Shown: positions 10,432 to 22,589 of the stretch, piece after piece
How the letters are laid out: each line of letters begins with the position of its first letter
How positions within the stretch are numbered: the stretch's first letter is position 1
Source of the DNA: Pristiophorus japonicus
Lineage: Eukaryota
Length of the DNA stretch: 64,000 nucleotides
NCBI RefSeq assembly: GCF_044704955.1
Contig: NC_091980.1
Coordinates: 99,324,001 to 99,388,000 of the forward strand
Reading direction: 5' to 3'
Position numbers and translations under genes: made by a program
The notes under the pieces: model-generated
The model's database searches: none
Told to the model about the DNA's origin: nothing
The model's input: the letters and a program-made list of their open reading frames with translations, nothing else

Positions 10432-10992
10432 ATTGAGTGCAAAAGCAAGGAAGTTATGCTAAAACTTTATAAAACATTAGATGGGCTCCAGCTGGAATAT
10501 TGTGGCCAATTCTGGGCAGCACACTTTATGAAGAATGTCAAAGCCTTAGAGAGGGTGCGGAGGAAATTTACATTAATGGTACTAGGGATTAAAGACTTCA
10601 GTTACGTGGAGAAACTAGAGAAGCTGCAATAGTTCTTCTTAGAGCAGAGACAGTTAAGGGGAGATTTGATAGAGCTGTTCAGAATCATGAAGGGTATTGA
10701 TTGAGTAAATAAGGAAAGATCATTTCCAGTGGCGGAAGGGTTAGTAAGCATAGGGCATAGATTTGAGATCATTGGCAAAAGAACCAGAGAGCAGGAGGAA
10801 AATAATGTTTACATAGCAAGTTGTTTTGATCTGCCTGAAAAGATGGTGGGAGCAGATTTAATAGTAACTTTCAAAAGGGAATTAGATAAATTAGAATGGG
10901 ACTAATTGGATAACATTTTTCAAAATGCTGGCACAGGCATAATGTGCTGAATGGCCTCCTTATGTGCTGTATCATTCTATGACTCTATGATG
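10432..10992 (+). mobile_element. Old CR1 3' part (continuation of 2440-2704)
   Basis: Degenerate LEYC/RGDLIE-coding sequence and a ctatgactctatga tail. Confidence 0.75.
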
Positions 10993-11379
10993 TTGGAATG
11001 GCCATCATTTTTGTCCCCACAGCACTTAGCATAACTTATGACCTGTAGTGGTTTGCCAGATCGGCTAGGTCTGGTTGAAGTGTTCCATTTAAATTAGTTT
11101 GTAACCTGGATACCTTTTGCCAATATCTCAAAGTTTCTTGAATATCTCAGTATTTATTCTTTTGCCTTAGGAGCTACTGAGATGGACTTTAAACTGTCTG
11201 ATGAGAACCTGTCTGGTCAGCAGCAAATTTGTGACAACTACCAACAGTAAAGGTCACCACAGAGCAGTAGGGGTTTCCTTATGGGTTCCTCTGTATGGAA
11301 TCCTAATGGCGGGGGAGGAGGAGAAGAGATAAGAATTTAAAAAAGGAAGCTGAATTGAAAAAGCCAACCTGGTATCACT

Positions 11380-11560
11380 CCTGTCCCTATAATCTCTATT
11401 CCCCGGAGATCTTACAAGGAAATGAAGGTTAAGATTTGCCTTTGCAGACCTTGATTCACTAAGGAAGCCCTGAATAAATTCTGCACACTGACCTGCAGTC
11501 CAGAGCAGCTGCCCAAACAGCTCCCCCCACCGCCTTCTTAGTAGTGCTGAATGCCAGAAT
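11380..11560 (+). pseudogene. Highly degraded Harbinger transposase N-terminal remnant
   Basis: ttcactaaggaagccctgaataaattctgcacactg reads FTKEALNKFCTL, comparable to LRFHKVVINEICEL at ~46430. Confidence 0.4.
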
Positions 11561-12664
11561 GCACCCAGCATTGCTACGGCATTAATGAAGGAAAATACAT
11601 TCACTGGTGTCTTTCTCTCATTAAAGCCAGCTGAATATATCCTACCAAATATGTCCACCATCACTACCAAAGGAAAATCCTGTAACTGGAGACAACTGGC
11701 AGGGAGCTGATAGAATGACTTCCAACTGATTTTCCTTCCCCTGCATGCCTTAGTGCTGCCCAAAGACAGTTGATAAAAGGGAGGAAATGTTAGTCCTTTG
11801 ACTCCTGAGTACAGTAAACCTTGGTGCTTGTATTGGGTTAACATCACTTTGTCTTCTCATCTTCCATTGATCTTTTGTGTTTAGGAGGTCATGTTGATTA
11901 ATTTGGCATCAGAAGCCAATTTTTTTATATTTCCACTGGGTTTAGCTGATAAAGGTTTATTCAAAAAAAAATTCTTGGTGTTTGACAACGGAGATGAAAT
12001 GTAAATCCTAAACCAAACAATTGTACAGATATTAGCTGAGCTAATGCTTTACAATATGACATTCCAACAGATGTGTTGTTTGTATGATACAATTTAGTAT
12101 TCCTTCTCAGCACAATTTCAGACCCATATATTATCAATAATGCAAACAGTGTTTGTTAAATTCTTGCTAAAAAAAATGCTTACGATTAGCATTCTGTGAT
12201 GTTTATGTTTTTGTACATAGCATTGCTAATCCCGAAATACACCTGTGGTGTGAACATATTTATTTCAAACAAAAGCATTTTTAGATTTTGTAAGGAAATA
12301 AAGTAAAATGCCATTATCATAATGCCAGCACGTCACAGTCTTATTTAAGAAGCATTTGTTTTACAAAAGCAACTATCTGCACTGTCAAACTAGTATAATT
12401 TAGAAGCACTAAGTAAATTAACAAGCTGAAAATAGAGCACCATCCTAAAGTCATAGAGTAAATACACAATTCTACTGTCAAGTCTTAGTCTGACATACTG
12501 AAGTCAAAAAATATTTTTTTTTATATTACTGCAGTGGAGAATTTCCATTTCCTTTTGAATGTAACTAAAATGTCATATATGAATTCTGTTTATCAAAAAT
12601 ATTTCAGGTAAATTTTAATATGCTCCAAACCAAAAGCTGTTTACCAAATATTTAGAATACCAAA

Positions 12665-13110
12665 CTGGTTCCTGCCTGACCAATCTCCTCAAATTCTTTG
12701 AGGAAGTGACAGCCAAAGTGGATTATGAGAAGCATTGTAATGTGGTGTACCTTGACTTCCAAAAGGCTTTTGATAATGCTCTACACAAAAGGCTTTTAAT
12801 TAAATTCAAAGCTGTGAGCAGTCAGAGTCAACCCTAGGAATCGATAAGAAACTGGCCGAAGGGTTGTATAATGAGTACTCGTTAGAAGAGTTATGTCAGA
12901 GTTGAGTACCTCAGGGCTCCGTGCTAGGATCACGACTTTCTCTAATTTACATAATTGATCTGGATCCTGAAACTCAATGCAAAGTGATCAGATTTTCAGA
13001 TGATACTAAACTAGGAGGGGCAGTGGAATCGGCAGAGGCAACTCTGAAATTACAGAATGATTTGGACATAATTTTCATGTGGGAAGAACAAGGGCAGATG
13101 AGTGTAAAGT
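12665..13110 (+). mobile_element. Old CR1 RT fragment
   Basis: SCLTNLLKFFEE, VYLDFQKAFD, PQGSVLG and FSDDTKLGG motifs. Confidence 0.85.
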
Positions 13111-13119
13111 GGTAGAAAG

Positions 13120-13460
13120 GAAAAACTTGCATTTGGGTAGCACTTTTCAGAACATCTTAACGCGTTTCACAGCCAATTAAGTACTTTTGAAACATATTCA
13201 CTAGTGTAATGTAGGGAAATGTAGCAGTCAATTTGTGTATAATAATGTTCCACAACAGTAATGAGATAAATAACCAGATCATTTGTTTTTAGTGGGATTG
13301 GTTGAGGGATAGACTTTGGCCAAATAACTGGAAGAAACCACTGCTCTTCTAATAGTGCTGTGGGATCTTTTACATCCATCTGAGTGGACTGATGGGGCCT
13401 CAGTTTAATATCTCATCTGAAAGACGACACCTCTGACACTGCTGCATTCCCTCAGTATGT
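13120..13460 (-). mobile_element. DeuSINE fragment
   Basis: Homologous to 1-260 (gggatcttttacatccatctgag...tctcatctgaaagacgacacctctgac). Confidence 0.7.
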
Positions 13461-13611
13461 AACTGATGTGTCAACCTTCTACTTATACCTGCCTCATCTA
13501 CCTCTTTGGCTATTGCACCTTGTATCTCGTAAATGTCATTAATTGCTTTGATTCCTCTCATTATGCCTCATGTTGTATCACAACTGTTTTTTTAATAATA
13601 CAATTCAACCA

Positions 13612-13942
13612 TGTGTCCCCCTTGTTAAAGGGGCACACCACCAAAATCTGCAAATTAACAAATAAATGTTAATGGGAACCTTAATAAATCAAATTAAAAT
13701 TCTGTTCCCTGTTGTATTGATGCACTCCCGTCCCTCCGGTGCCCACCGGTTGCGGAAAGCCTCGAGCTTACTGGTGGACACCGCGTGCTCCATCTCCAGG
13801 GCCACCCGGGCATGAACATAGCTGCTGCAGAGAGGCAGGCAGTCGGGCTGAATGACCCCCCTTGACCGCCTGCTGCCTAGACCTGTTGATGGCCACCTTG
13901 GCCAGGCCCAAGAGCAGTCCCACGAGGAAGCCCTCCGACCTT
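13612..13942 (-). mobile_element. Tx1-clade (L1-Tx1) LINE 3' fragment
   Basis: SEGFLVGLLLGLAKVAINRSRQ...ALEMEHAVST...FRNRWAP, homologous to 21885-22340. Confidence 0.75.
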
Positions 13943-14277
13943 TTCCATTTAAGCACTTTACAATCCTTTGCATGTTTTTTTCTTGTGTGTGTATTCCATT
14001 CCCCTTCCTGAAAGACACGCCTAATCTATTTTTTTTCCAATACAGTCCCCCACATGCACCTCAGTTTATTTTGCCAGTGATCTACCACAGACTTTTCCTA
14101 TTTGGTTTCTTGCACTGTGCTGCATCCTCTGTGCCAGGCATAGGTTGGTGATATATCATACTGTGTAGGTGCAGGTGCTTGAATCTCTGTGCTTCTGCAC
14201 ACTGTGTAGTTTATGCTGCAATTCCAGATGGTCCAAATTCATTTATGGATAGCAGAACTTATATATTAGAAATGTAT

Positions 14278-14630
14278 GACAACAACAACACCCTTTTATA
14301 TAATGCCTTTAAAATTAAAAATAAATTCCAATGTGTTTTATAGATAAGCATGAGGAAAGTGGACACCAAGCCAGGAAAGGAGAGATTAGAAGGGGTGAGC
14401 CAAAGCTTGGTTGAACAGATAGGATTTGAGAATGTTTTTAAAGGAGGAGAGAAAGTTGGAGGCAGAGGGGTTTAGGTGGAGAATTCTAGCGAATAGAATC
14501 CAAGCGACTGAAGGCGTTGCCCAGGATGAGATGGGAAGGAAGGATGTACAAGAGGCTGGAGTTACAGAAATGAAGAGTTTAGGTGAGGTATAGTGTTGGA
14601 GGAGTTTCCGGAGATAGGATGAGGTGATGG
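14278..14630 (-). mobile_element. L2-like LINE 3' fragment (continues 15150-15390 and 16019-16150)
   Basis: (aac)n tail and minus-strand SLSSFKxxLKSYLFNQA-type C-terminus typical of L2. Confidence 0.6.
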
Positions 14631-14632
14631 AG

Positions 14633-15147
14633 GGCCTGAATTTGCGGTCGTAGGCTTCCTGCGGGAAAATGCCTCCAAAAATTATGAACCTACATGGTGT
14701 CTTCGAAGGTTCGAACACTTGCACTCCTGGGTCTCTCCGCGTTCGCATGCATTTCGCAAACGCCTCTAGGATCATGTGGGCCAGGCCAACCAATCAAAAA
14801 GGGGGATTCCTAGTTACAAATGGAATCCCCATAAGCATGAATAGGAATAAAAAACACAATTACACATTAGTTAAATAAAAATAAATAATTTCATGTTCAA
14901 AATCAATTAAAATACAATTAATTTAATTAAAGTGTTTCACAGGCATTTGCTGGGCAGTAGTTGGGCAAATAGCCCAACTCTCCGCTATTTCAATGTCCAT
15001 TTCCCGAGGATGCAGTGGATCTGTCAAGCTGAAACTCGACAGATCGCATGTTCCGTGTTTTCACGCATGTGAATCACACGTGTAAATCTGGAATTTGCGG
15101 GGCATTTACGGTGCGTACGTGGTCATAGGCCCTGGAAAATCCAGGCT
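14633..15147. mobile_element. Harbinger-type MITE
   Basis: Imperfect TIRs ggcctgaattt / aaatccaggct. Homologous, in opposite orientation, to 34606-35314 and in part to 40755-41072. Confidence 0.65.
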
Positions 15148-15392
15148 GGCTTTTCAGTAGGCCGGAAGTAGGGCAGAGGTGGGTAATGTTACAGAGGTGG
15201 TAATAAGAGTCTTAGTAATGGAGAGTGTTTGGGGTCTGAAGGTCAATTCAGGAGCGAAAAGGACCTCAAGGTTGCAAGCAATCTGGCTCGGCCTGAGAAG
15301 AAGGATGCCATCAGTGAGAACATTGATTGCTTTGGTCTTTCTGATGTTGAGCTGAAGGAAGTTAAGATTGATACAAGACTGGATGTGTCCTG

Positions 15393-16018
15393 CAGCTGGA
15401 ATTTCAGTCTTCTGCCACCCCTATTACTGCCCCAGAGGGACGGCAATAGCGGCAGGAAGCACCTCCACTGCCCTGCCAGGAAATTCGGTGCTGGTTTGGA
15501 GGGGGCCCAGAGCATTACTGCTCGGAAGTGGTGAGCCGGTGTGCAATGCCCCTGGTTGCGACACAGGCTTTATTTTTGGCTGCTGCACGACCCATAGCGC
15601 TCTGTAGAACGCCCTGGTGGTAACGCCTGTGGAAGCAGGCGTTCCAAGTTGTAGCGGCCACAGTGAGGTAAGTAATGTTGGCCTCAGGTATGTGTGATTT
15701 TTTTCTTTTCTTTTGCGATTTATGTTGTAGTGGCTTGAGTTATGTTTTGGGAATGTTTTAGGTAGCTTTTTTCAGGATTTTTTCCCCCCAGACCTCTCTT
15801 AGGGAGCTCCGAGGCCAGCTGTTTAGCTCTGGATTTTCACTTGCTCAGCCGGCCTATCACCCTAAAAGAGGTGTGCAATGCCTCCTTTAGCACTCCGCTC
15901 CAAACTCAGTGTCCAGCTGATGAATTTTGTGGCTGAGGACGCAAACCATTTCCAGTGCACACTTTACTGCCCCGCCACCATTACCGCCCCAAAATGTCAA
16001 GAACCGAAAATTCAGCCC
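15393..16018. mobile_element. Harbinger-type MITE
   Basis: Ends gctggaatttc / gaaaattcagccc. Interrupts the L2-like fragment. Confidence 0.55.
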
Positions 16019-17552
16019 AAGAGGTAGTCATGAGGCCAGGAGAACTGGGTATCATCAGCTTTCATGTCGAAACTCACCTTATGACTGCAGATGATGTCAT
16101 CAAGGGGTAGCATGTACATGAGGAATAGAAAAGGCCAAAGGATAGATCTTATAATCATATTACTAGAGATACATAACCCTGATATACACATCAGTAGAAA
16201 ATAAAATAAAACAAAACAGGCTAACTGATGGAAGGTAATTGATGGAAACTCGATGGTAACTCTGTGTGCTTACTGTTGTAAACCTGCGCAAAGTACACCA
16301 ATCCAGAAATACACCTCTTAATGCTTTCACATGCTTGAAGAAAGTGTGCATGTACCAGATGTGAAATGACATATACCATGATAGCATTTAAGCTTTTTTC
16401 TGAAATGTGCTGTTACATTCATGTTGCATGCAAACAATATTAATTGGGGTGAAACATTCCAGAATCCAGGGCAGTGTCACTTACTTGAGTCTCTGTAACA
16501 CCCTGCAGGCCTTTTATACTGAAGACTTCTACAATCTTCAACTCAGAGTTAACTCCATTAATTGTATGAATTCTTCATAAAATGCACAGTTGCTTTGACT
16601 GTTCAATGCTGTCTTTCCCTTGGTGGCCCTCTTTACATCATTGAATGGTTCTTTGAACCTTGCCAGGTCCTTTCATTCCTGGGAATTTGATGCAACTATC
16701 AAACAACTCCACCCAGGCCTCTCTCTGGTTTTGAAATTCTTTGACTTGGCCTCTGTGCCAAGGACGATTGTACTCTGTACAAGGTTTTTTGCCACCATCG
16801 GTTTTAACTTTTGTTTGTTGATCCTGGGCTTTGTTCTTTCCTCCTCTGGGACAATGTGTTATTTTGTAACCAGCTCTGCCATCAGTAATATTTGATATAA
16901 TTATTACTGAGAAGGATCAGGAGCTTTGTAATTTTCTTGCTCAGATGCTGAACAATGATTATGAATAAAAGTGGTGCTTACCAATGTAAATAATGTTCAA
17001 TCTACTCGATGGTAACTCTGTGGGCTTACTGCTGTAAACTTGCAAAGTACACCAATCCAGAAATACACCTCTTAATGCTTTCACATGCTTAAAGAAAGTG
17101 TGCATTGGAAATTCAAGCCTAGCTTACTTGCTACATTACCTAACGTATTACTAATATGTCAATATTTACATCCACTGTCATTCTACAGCTTGCATAAACC
17201 AAATGAGTATGTGTATTATTTACAAAGAAAAATTATACACTATAGGATCTCAACTATAGGCAAATTAGTGATTAGATTATAACACAAGTTCCTTGATTTC
17301 AGAAAAAAAAGGGCAGGAATATCATACATGAGGAGTGGGAGCTGACCTCATCCGATTTCTCATGGTCAGCGAATTTAAATTATCATGTGTTTCCTTAACA
17401 TAACCAAGGGAGTACTATGCTGAAAATGGGCAGGGAATGAGGCAGAACAGTGGATTTTAAATGGGCTGCTGCTCTTTTGAACCATTGCTGTTTGTCATGA
17501 CTAAATTGGGCTGCAAAAATGGAATCTCACCAAGCTCGAGAATAGAACTAGA

Positions 17553-20254
17553 AACATAGAAACATAGAAAATAGGTGCAGGAGCAGGCCATTCAGCCCTT
17601 CTAGCCTGCACCGCCATTCAATGAGTTCATGGCTGAACATGAAACTTCAGTACCCCCTTCCTGCTTTCTCGCCATAACACTTGATCCACCGAGTAGTAAG
17701 GACTTCATCTAACTCCCTTTTGAATATATTTAGTGAATTGGTCTCAACTACTTTCTGTGGTAGAGAATTCCACAGGTTCACCACTCTCTGGGTGAAGAAG
17801 TTTCTCCTCATCTCGGTCCTAAATGGCTTATCCCTTATCCTCAGACTGTGACCCCTGGTTCTGGACTTCCCCAACATTGGGAACATTCTTCCTGCATCTA
17901 ACCTGTCTAAACCCGTCAGAATTTTAAACGTTTCTATGAGGTCCCCTCTCATTCTTCTGAACTCCAGTGAATACAAGCCCAGTTGATCCAGTCTTTCTTG
18001 ATAGGTCAGTCCCGCCATCCCGGGAATCAGTCTGGTGAATCTTCGCTGCACTCCCTCAATAGCAAGAATGTCCTTCCTCAAGTTAGGAGACCAAAACTGT
18101 ACACAATACTCCAGGTGTGGCCTCACCAAGGCCCTGTACAACTGTAGCAACACCTCCCTGCCCCTGTATTCAAATCCCCTCGCTATGAAGGCCAACATGC
18201 CATTTGCTTTCTTAACCGCCTGCTGTACCTGCATGCTAACCTTCAATGACTGATGTACCATGACACCCAGGTCTCGTTGCACCTTCCCTTTTCCTAATCT
18301 GTCACCATTCAGATAATAGTCTGTCTCTCTGTTTTTACCACCAAAGTGGATAACCTCACATTTATCCACATTATACTTCATCTGCCATGCATTTGCCCAC
18401 TCACCTAACCTATCCAAGTCACTCTGCAGCCTAATAGCATCCTCCTCGCAGCTCACACTGCCACCCAACTTCGTGTCATCCGCAAATTTGGAGATACTGC
18501 ATTTAATCCCCTCGTCTAAATCATTAATGTACAATGTAAACAGCTGGGGCCCCAGCACAGAACCTTGCGGCACCCCACTAGTCACTGCCTGCCATTCTGA
18601 AAAGGACCCGTTTACTCCTACTCTTTGCTTCCTGTCTGACAACCAGTTCTCAATCCACGTCAGCACACTACCCCCAATCCCATGTGCTTTAACTTTGCAC
18701 ATTAATCTCTTGTGTGGGACCTTGTCGAAAGCCTTCTGAAAGTCCAAATATACCACATCAACTGGTTCTCCTTTGTCCACTTTACTGGAAACAATCCTCA
18801 AAAAATTCCAGAAGATTTGTCAAGCATGATTTCCCTTTCACAAATCCATGCTGACTTGGACCTATCATGTCACTATTTTCCAGATGCACAGCTATGACAT
18901 CCTTAATAATTGATTCCATCATTTTACCCACTACTGAGGTCAGGCTGACCGGTCTATAATTCCCTGTTTTCTCTCTCCCTCCTTTTTTAAAAAGTGGGGT
19001 TACATTGGCTACCCTCCACTCCATAGGAACTGATCCAGAGTCAATGGAATGTTGGAAAATGACTGTCAATGCATCCGCTATTTCCAAGGCCACCTCCTTA
19101 AGTACTCTGGGATGCAGTCCATCAGGCCCTGGGGATTTATCGGCCTTCAATCCCATCAATTTCCCCAACACAATTTACCGACTAATAAAGATTTCCCTCA
19201 GTTCCCCCTCCTTACTAGACCCTCTGACCCCCTTTATATCCGGAAGGTTGTTTGTATCCTCCTTAGTGAATACCGAACCAAAGTACTTGTTCAATTAGTC
19301 TGCCATTTCTTTGTTCCCCGTTATGACTTCCCCTGATTCTGACTGCAGGGGACCTACGTTTGTCTTTACTAACCTTTTTCTCTTTACATACCTATAGAAA
19401 CTTTTGCAATCCACCTTAATGTTCCCTGCAAGCTTCTTCTCGTACTCCATTTTCCCTGCCCTAATCAAACCCTTTGTCCTCCTCTGCTGAGTTCTAAATT
19501 TCTCCCAGTCCCCGGGTTCGCTGCTATTTCTGGCCAATTTGTATGCCACTTCCTTGGCTTTAATACTATCCCTGATTTCCCTAGATAGCCACGGTTGAGC
19601 CACCTTCCCTTTTTTATTTTTACGCCAGACAGGAATGTACAATTGTTGTAATTCATCCATGCGGTCTCTAAATGTCTGCCATTGCCCACCCACAGTCAAC
19701 CCCCTAAGTATCATTCGCCAATCTATCCTAGCCAATTCACGCCTCATACCTTCAAAGTTACCCTTCTTTAAGTTCTGGACCATGGTCTCTGAATTAACTG
19801 TTTCATTCTCCATCCTAATGCAGAATTCCACCATATTATGGTCACTCTTCCCCAAGGGGCCTCGCACAATGAGATTGCTAATTAATCCTCTCTCATTACA
19901 CAACACCCAGTCTAAGATGGCCTCCCCCCTAGTTGGTTCCTCAACATACTGGTCTAGGAAACCATCCCTTATGCACTCCAGGAAATCCTCCTCCACCGTA
20001 TTGCTTCCAGTTTGGCTAGCCCAATCTATGTGCATATTAAAGTCACCCATTATAACTGCTACACCTTTATTGCATGCACCCCTAATTTCCTGTTTGATGC
20101 CCTCCCCAACATCCCTATTACTGTTTGGAGGTCTGTACACAACTCCTACTAACGTTTTTTGCCCTTTGGTGTTCTGCAGCTCTACCCATATAGATTCCAC
20201 ATCATCCAAGCTAATGTCTTTCCTAACTATTGCATTAATCTCCTCTTTAACCAA
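17553..20254 (-). mobile_element. CR1-A, 5'-truncated, ORF2 (APE endonuclease + RT) with frameshifts/stop
   Basis: GVVYRPP, MGDFN, SDH, KSPGPDG, NYRPVSLT, GVPQGSVLGP and KFADD motifs; (catagaaa)n tail. Confidence 0.97.
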
Positions 20255-20271
20255 CTGCCCCCTTAAAGAAG

Positions 20272-21157
20272 AATATAAGATTTAAGAGCAGGAGTAGGCC
20301 ACCTGTCACCTTGAGCCTGCTCCCACATTTAATAAGTTCATGGCTGATCTGATCATGGACTCTGCTCCACTTCCCTGCCCACTCCCCATACCCTTTATTC
20401 TCTTATCGCTCCAAAATCTGTCCATCTCCGCCTTAAATATATTCAATGACCCAGCCTCCAGAGCTCTCTGGGGCAGAGAATTCCACAGATTTACAACCCT
20501 CTGAGAGAAGGAATTCCTCCTCATCTCTGGTTTAAATGGGCGGCCCCATATTCTGAGACTATGTCCCCTAGTTTTAGTTTCCCCTATGTGAAAATATCCT
20601 CTCTGCATCCACCTTGTCGAGACCCCTCATTATCTTATATGTTTCGATAAGATCACCTCTCATTCTTCTGAACTCCAATGTGTATAGGTCCAACCTACTC
20701 AACCTATCCTCGTAAATCAACCAAGTGAATCTTCTCTGAACAGCCTCCAATGCAAGTTTTTCCTTCCTTAAATACGGAAACCAAAGCTGTATGCAGTACT
20801 CTAATTGTGACCTCACCAATACCCTATACAGTTGTAGCAGGACTTCCCTGCCTTTATACTCTATCTCCCTTGCAATAAAGGCCAACATTCCATTTGCCTT
20901 CCTGATTACTTGCTCTACCTGCATACTATCTTTTTGTGTTTCATGCACAAGGATCCCCAGGTCCCTCTGTACTGTGGCACTTTGCAATTTTTCTCCATTT
21001 AAATTATAATTTCCTTTTCTATTTTTCCTGCCAAAGTGGATAACCTCACATTTTCCCACATTATCCTCCATCCGCCAAACTTTTGCCCACTCACATAGAC
21101 TGTCTATATCTCTTTGCAGATTTTTTGTGTCTTCCTCATAATTTGCTTTCCCACCCA
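20272..21157 (-). mobile_element. CR1-B 3' part (continues at 26484-26860)
   Basis: RT C-terminal motifs. The break ...ttcccaccc | atctttgtatc rejoins as DDTKxGGKA. Confidence 0.88.
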
Positions 21158-21884
21158 TAAGAACATAAGAACATAAGAACATAAGAATTAGGAACAGGAG
21201 TAGGCCCTCTAGCCCCTCGAGCCTGCTCCGCCATTCAATAAGATCATGGCTGATCTGGCCGTGGATTCAGCTCCGCTTACCCGCTCGTTCCCCATAACCC
21301 TTAATTCCCTTATTGGTTAAAAATCTATCTATCTGTGACTTGAATACATTCAATGAGCTAGCCTCAACTGCTTCCTTGGGCAGAGAATTCCACAGATTCA
21401 CAACCCTCTGGGAGAAGAAATTCCTTCTCAACTCGGTTTTAAATTGGCTCCCCCGTATTTTGAGGCTGTGCCCCCTAGTTCTAGTCTCCCCGACCAGTGG
21501 AAACAAGCTCTCTGCCTCTATCTTGATTATCCCTTTCATTATTTTAAATGTTTCTATAAGATCCCCCCTCATCCTTCTGAACTCCAACGAGTAAAGACCC
21601 AGTCTACTCAATCTATCATCATAAGGTAACCCCTCATCTCCGGAATCAGCCTCATGAATCGTCTCTGTACCCCCTCCAAAGCTAGTATATCCTTCCTTAA
21701 GTAAGGTGACCAAAACTGCACGCAGTACTCCAGGTGCGGCCTCACCAATACCCTATACAGTTGAAGCAGGACCTCCCTGCTTTTGTACTCCATCCCTCTC
21801 GCAATGAAGGCCAACATTCCAGTCACCTTCCTGATTACCTGCTGCACCTGCAAACTAACTTTTTTTGGGATTCATGCACAAGGA

Positions 21885-22589
21885 TGCAACAAATTTTTAA
21901 GCCGGTTCACGGACTCCCAGGCCGCCTGCAATTTCTGCGGTCTGGAGGAGTCCGTGTTCCATGTTTTTATTGAGTGCACGAGGTTGCAGCCTTTGTTCCA
22001 TTATTTGAAGGGGCTGCTCCTGAAATTCTGGCTGCACTTCAGTCCCACTCTCCTGATCTTTGGGCACCCTGTGCAGAGGGGAGCGGGTAGGTCCGAAGGC
22101 CTCCTCGTAGGACTGCTCCTGGGCACGGCCAAGGGTGCCATCAGCCGGTCCAGGCAGCGGGCGGTCGAGGGGGTCGTTCAACCTGACTGCCTGCCTCTCT
22201 TCCGCTCTTACATCCGGTCCAGGGTGTCCTTGGAGATGGAGCACGCGGTGTCCACCGGTACGCTCGCGGCCTTCCGCGAGAGGTGGGCACCGGAGGGACT
22301 GGAGTGCATCATCACGCCCGGCAACCAAATTTTAATTTGATTTTACGTTTTAAAGTTTAATTTGTTTTAATTGCTAGTGTTTTTAGTGTCCCCTTCCCTT
22401 TTATAGGGGGCACTGTGGAAAAATTGTGATTTTAGTGCCCAAAAAAAAACCAAAAAAAGAAAAACAAAAAAACCCCCCAAAAAAAACCAAAAAAAGGAAA
22501 AAAAGGGCCTTGTAAATGTCTGGTGTGTCACCCAGGTCGGGTGGCACGGTTTAATGTTTTATGTTTTGCAGATAAACTCCAAAAAGAGT
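21885..22589 (+). mobile_element. Tx1-clade LINE, 5'-truncated, with 14-bp TSD
   Basis: CNFCGLEESVFHVFIEC zinc finger (zf-RVT type), A-rich 3' UTR, and TSD ttcatgcacaagga at 21871-21884 and 22590-22603. Confidence 0.88.

Noticed and set aside
11254-11847. 197-aa minus-strand ORF as a host gene
   Set aside because: No recognisable domain, and the opposite strand looks like a decayed Harbinger transposase.
16480-16900. Host exon (minus-strand GTAAGT donor near 16485)
   Set aside because: No open frame. It resembles a decayed Harbinger Myb exon.
19635-20285. Long antisense ORFs recurring over CR1 copies
   Set aside because: Shadow frames of ORF2. Their recurrence just reflects copy identity.
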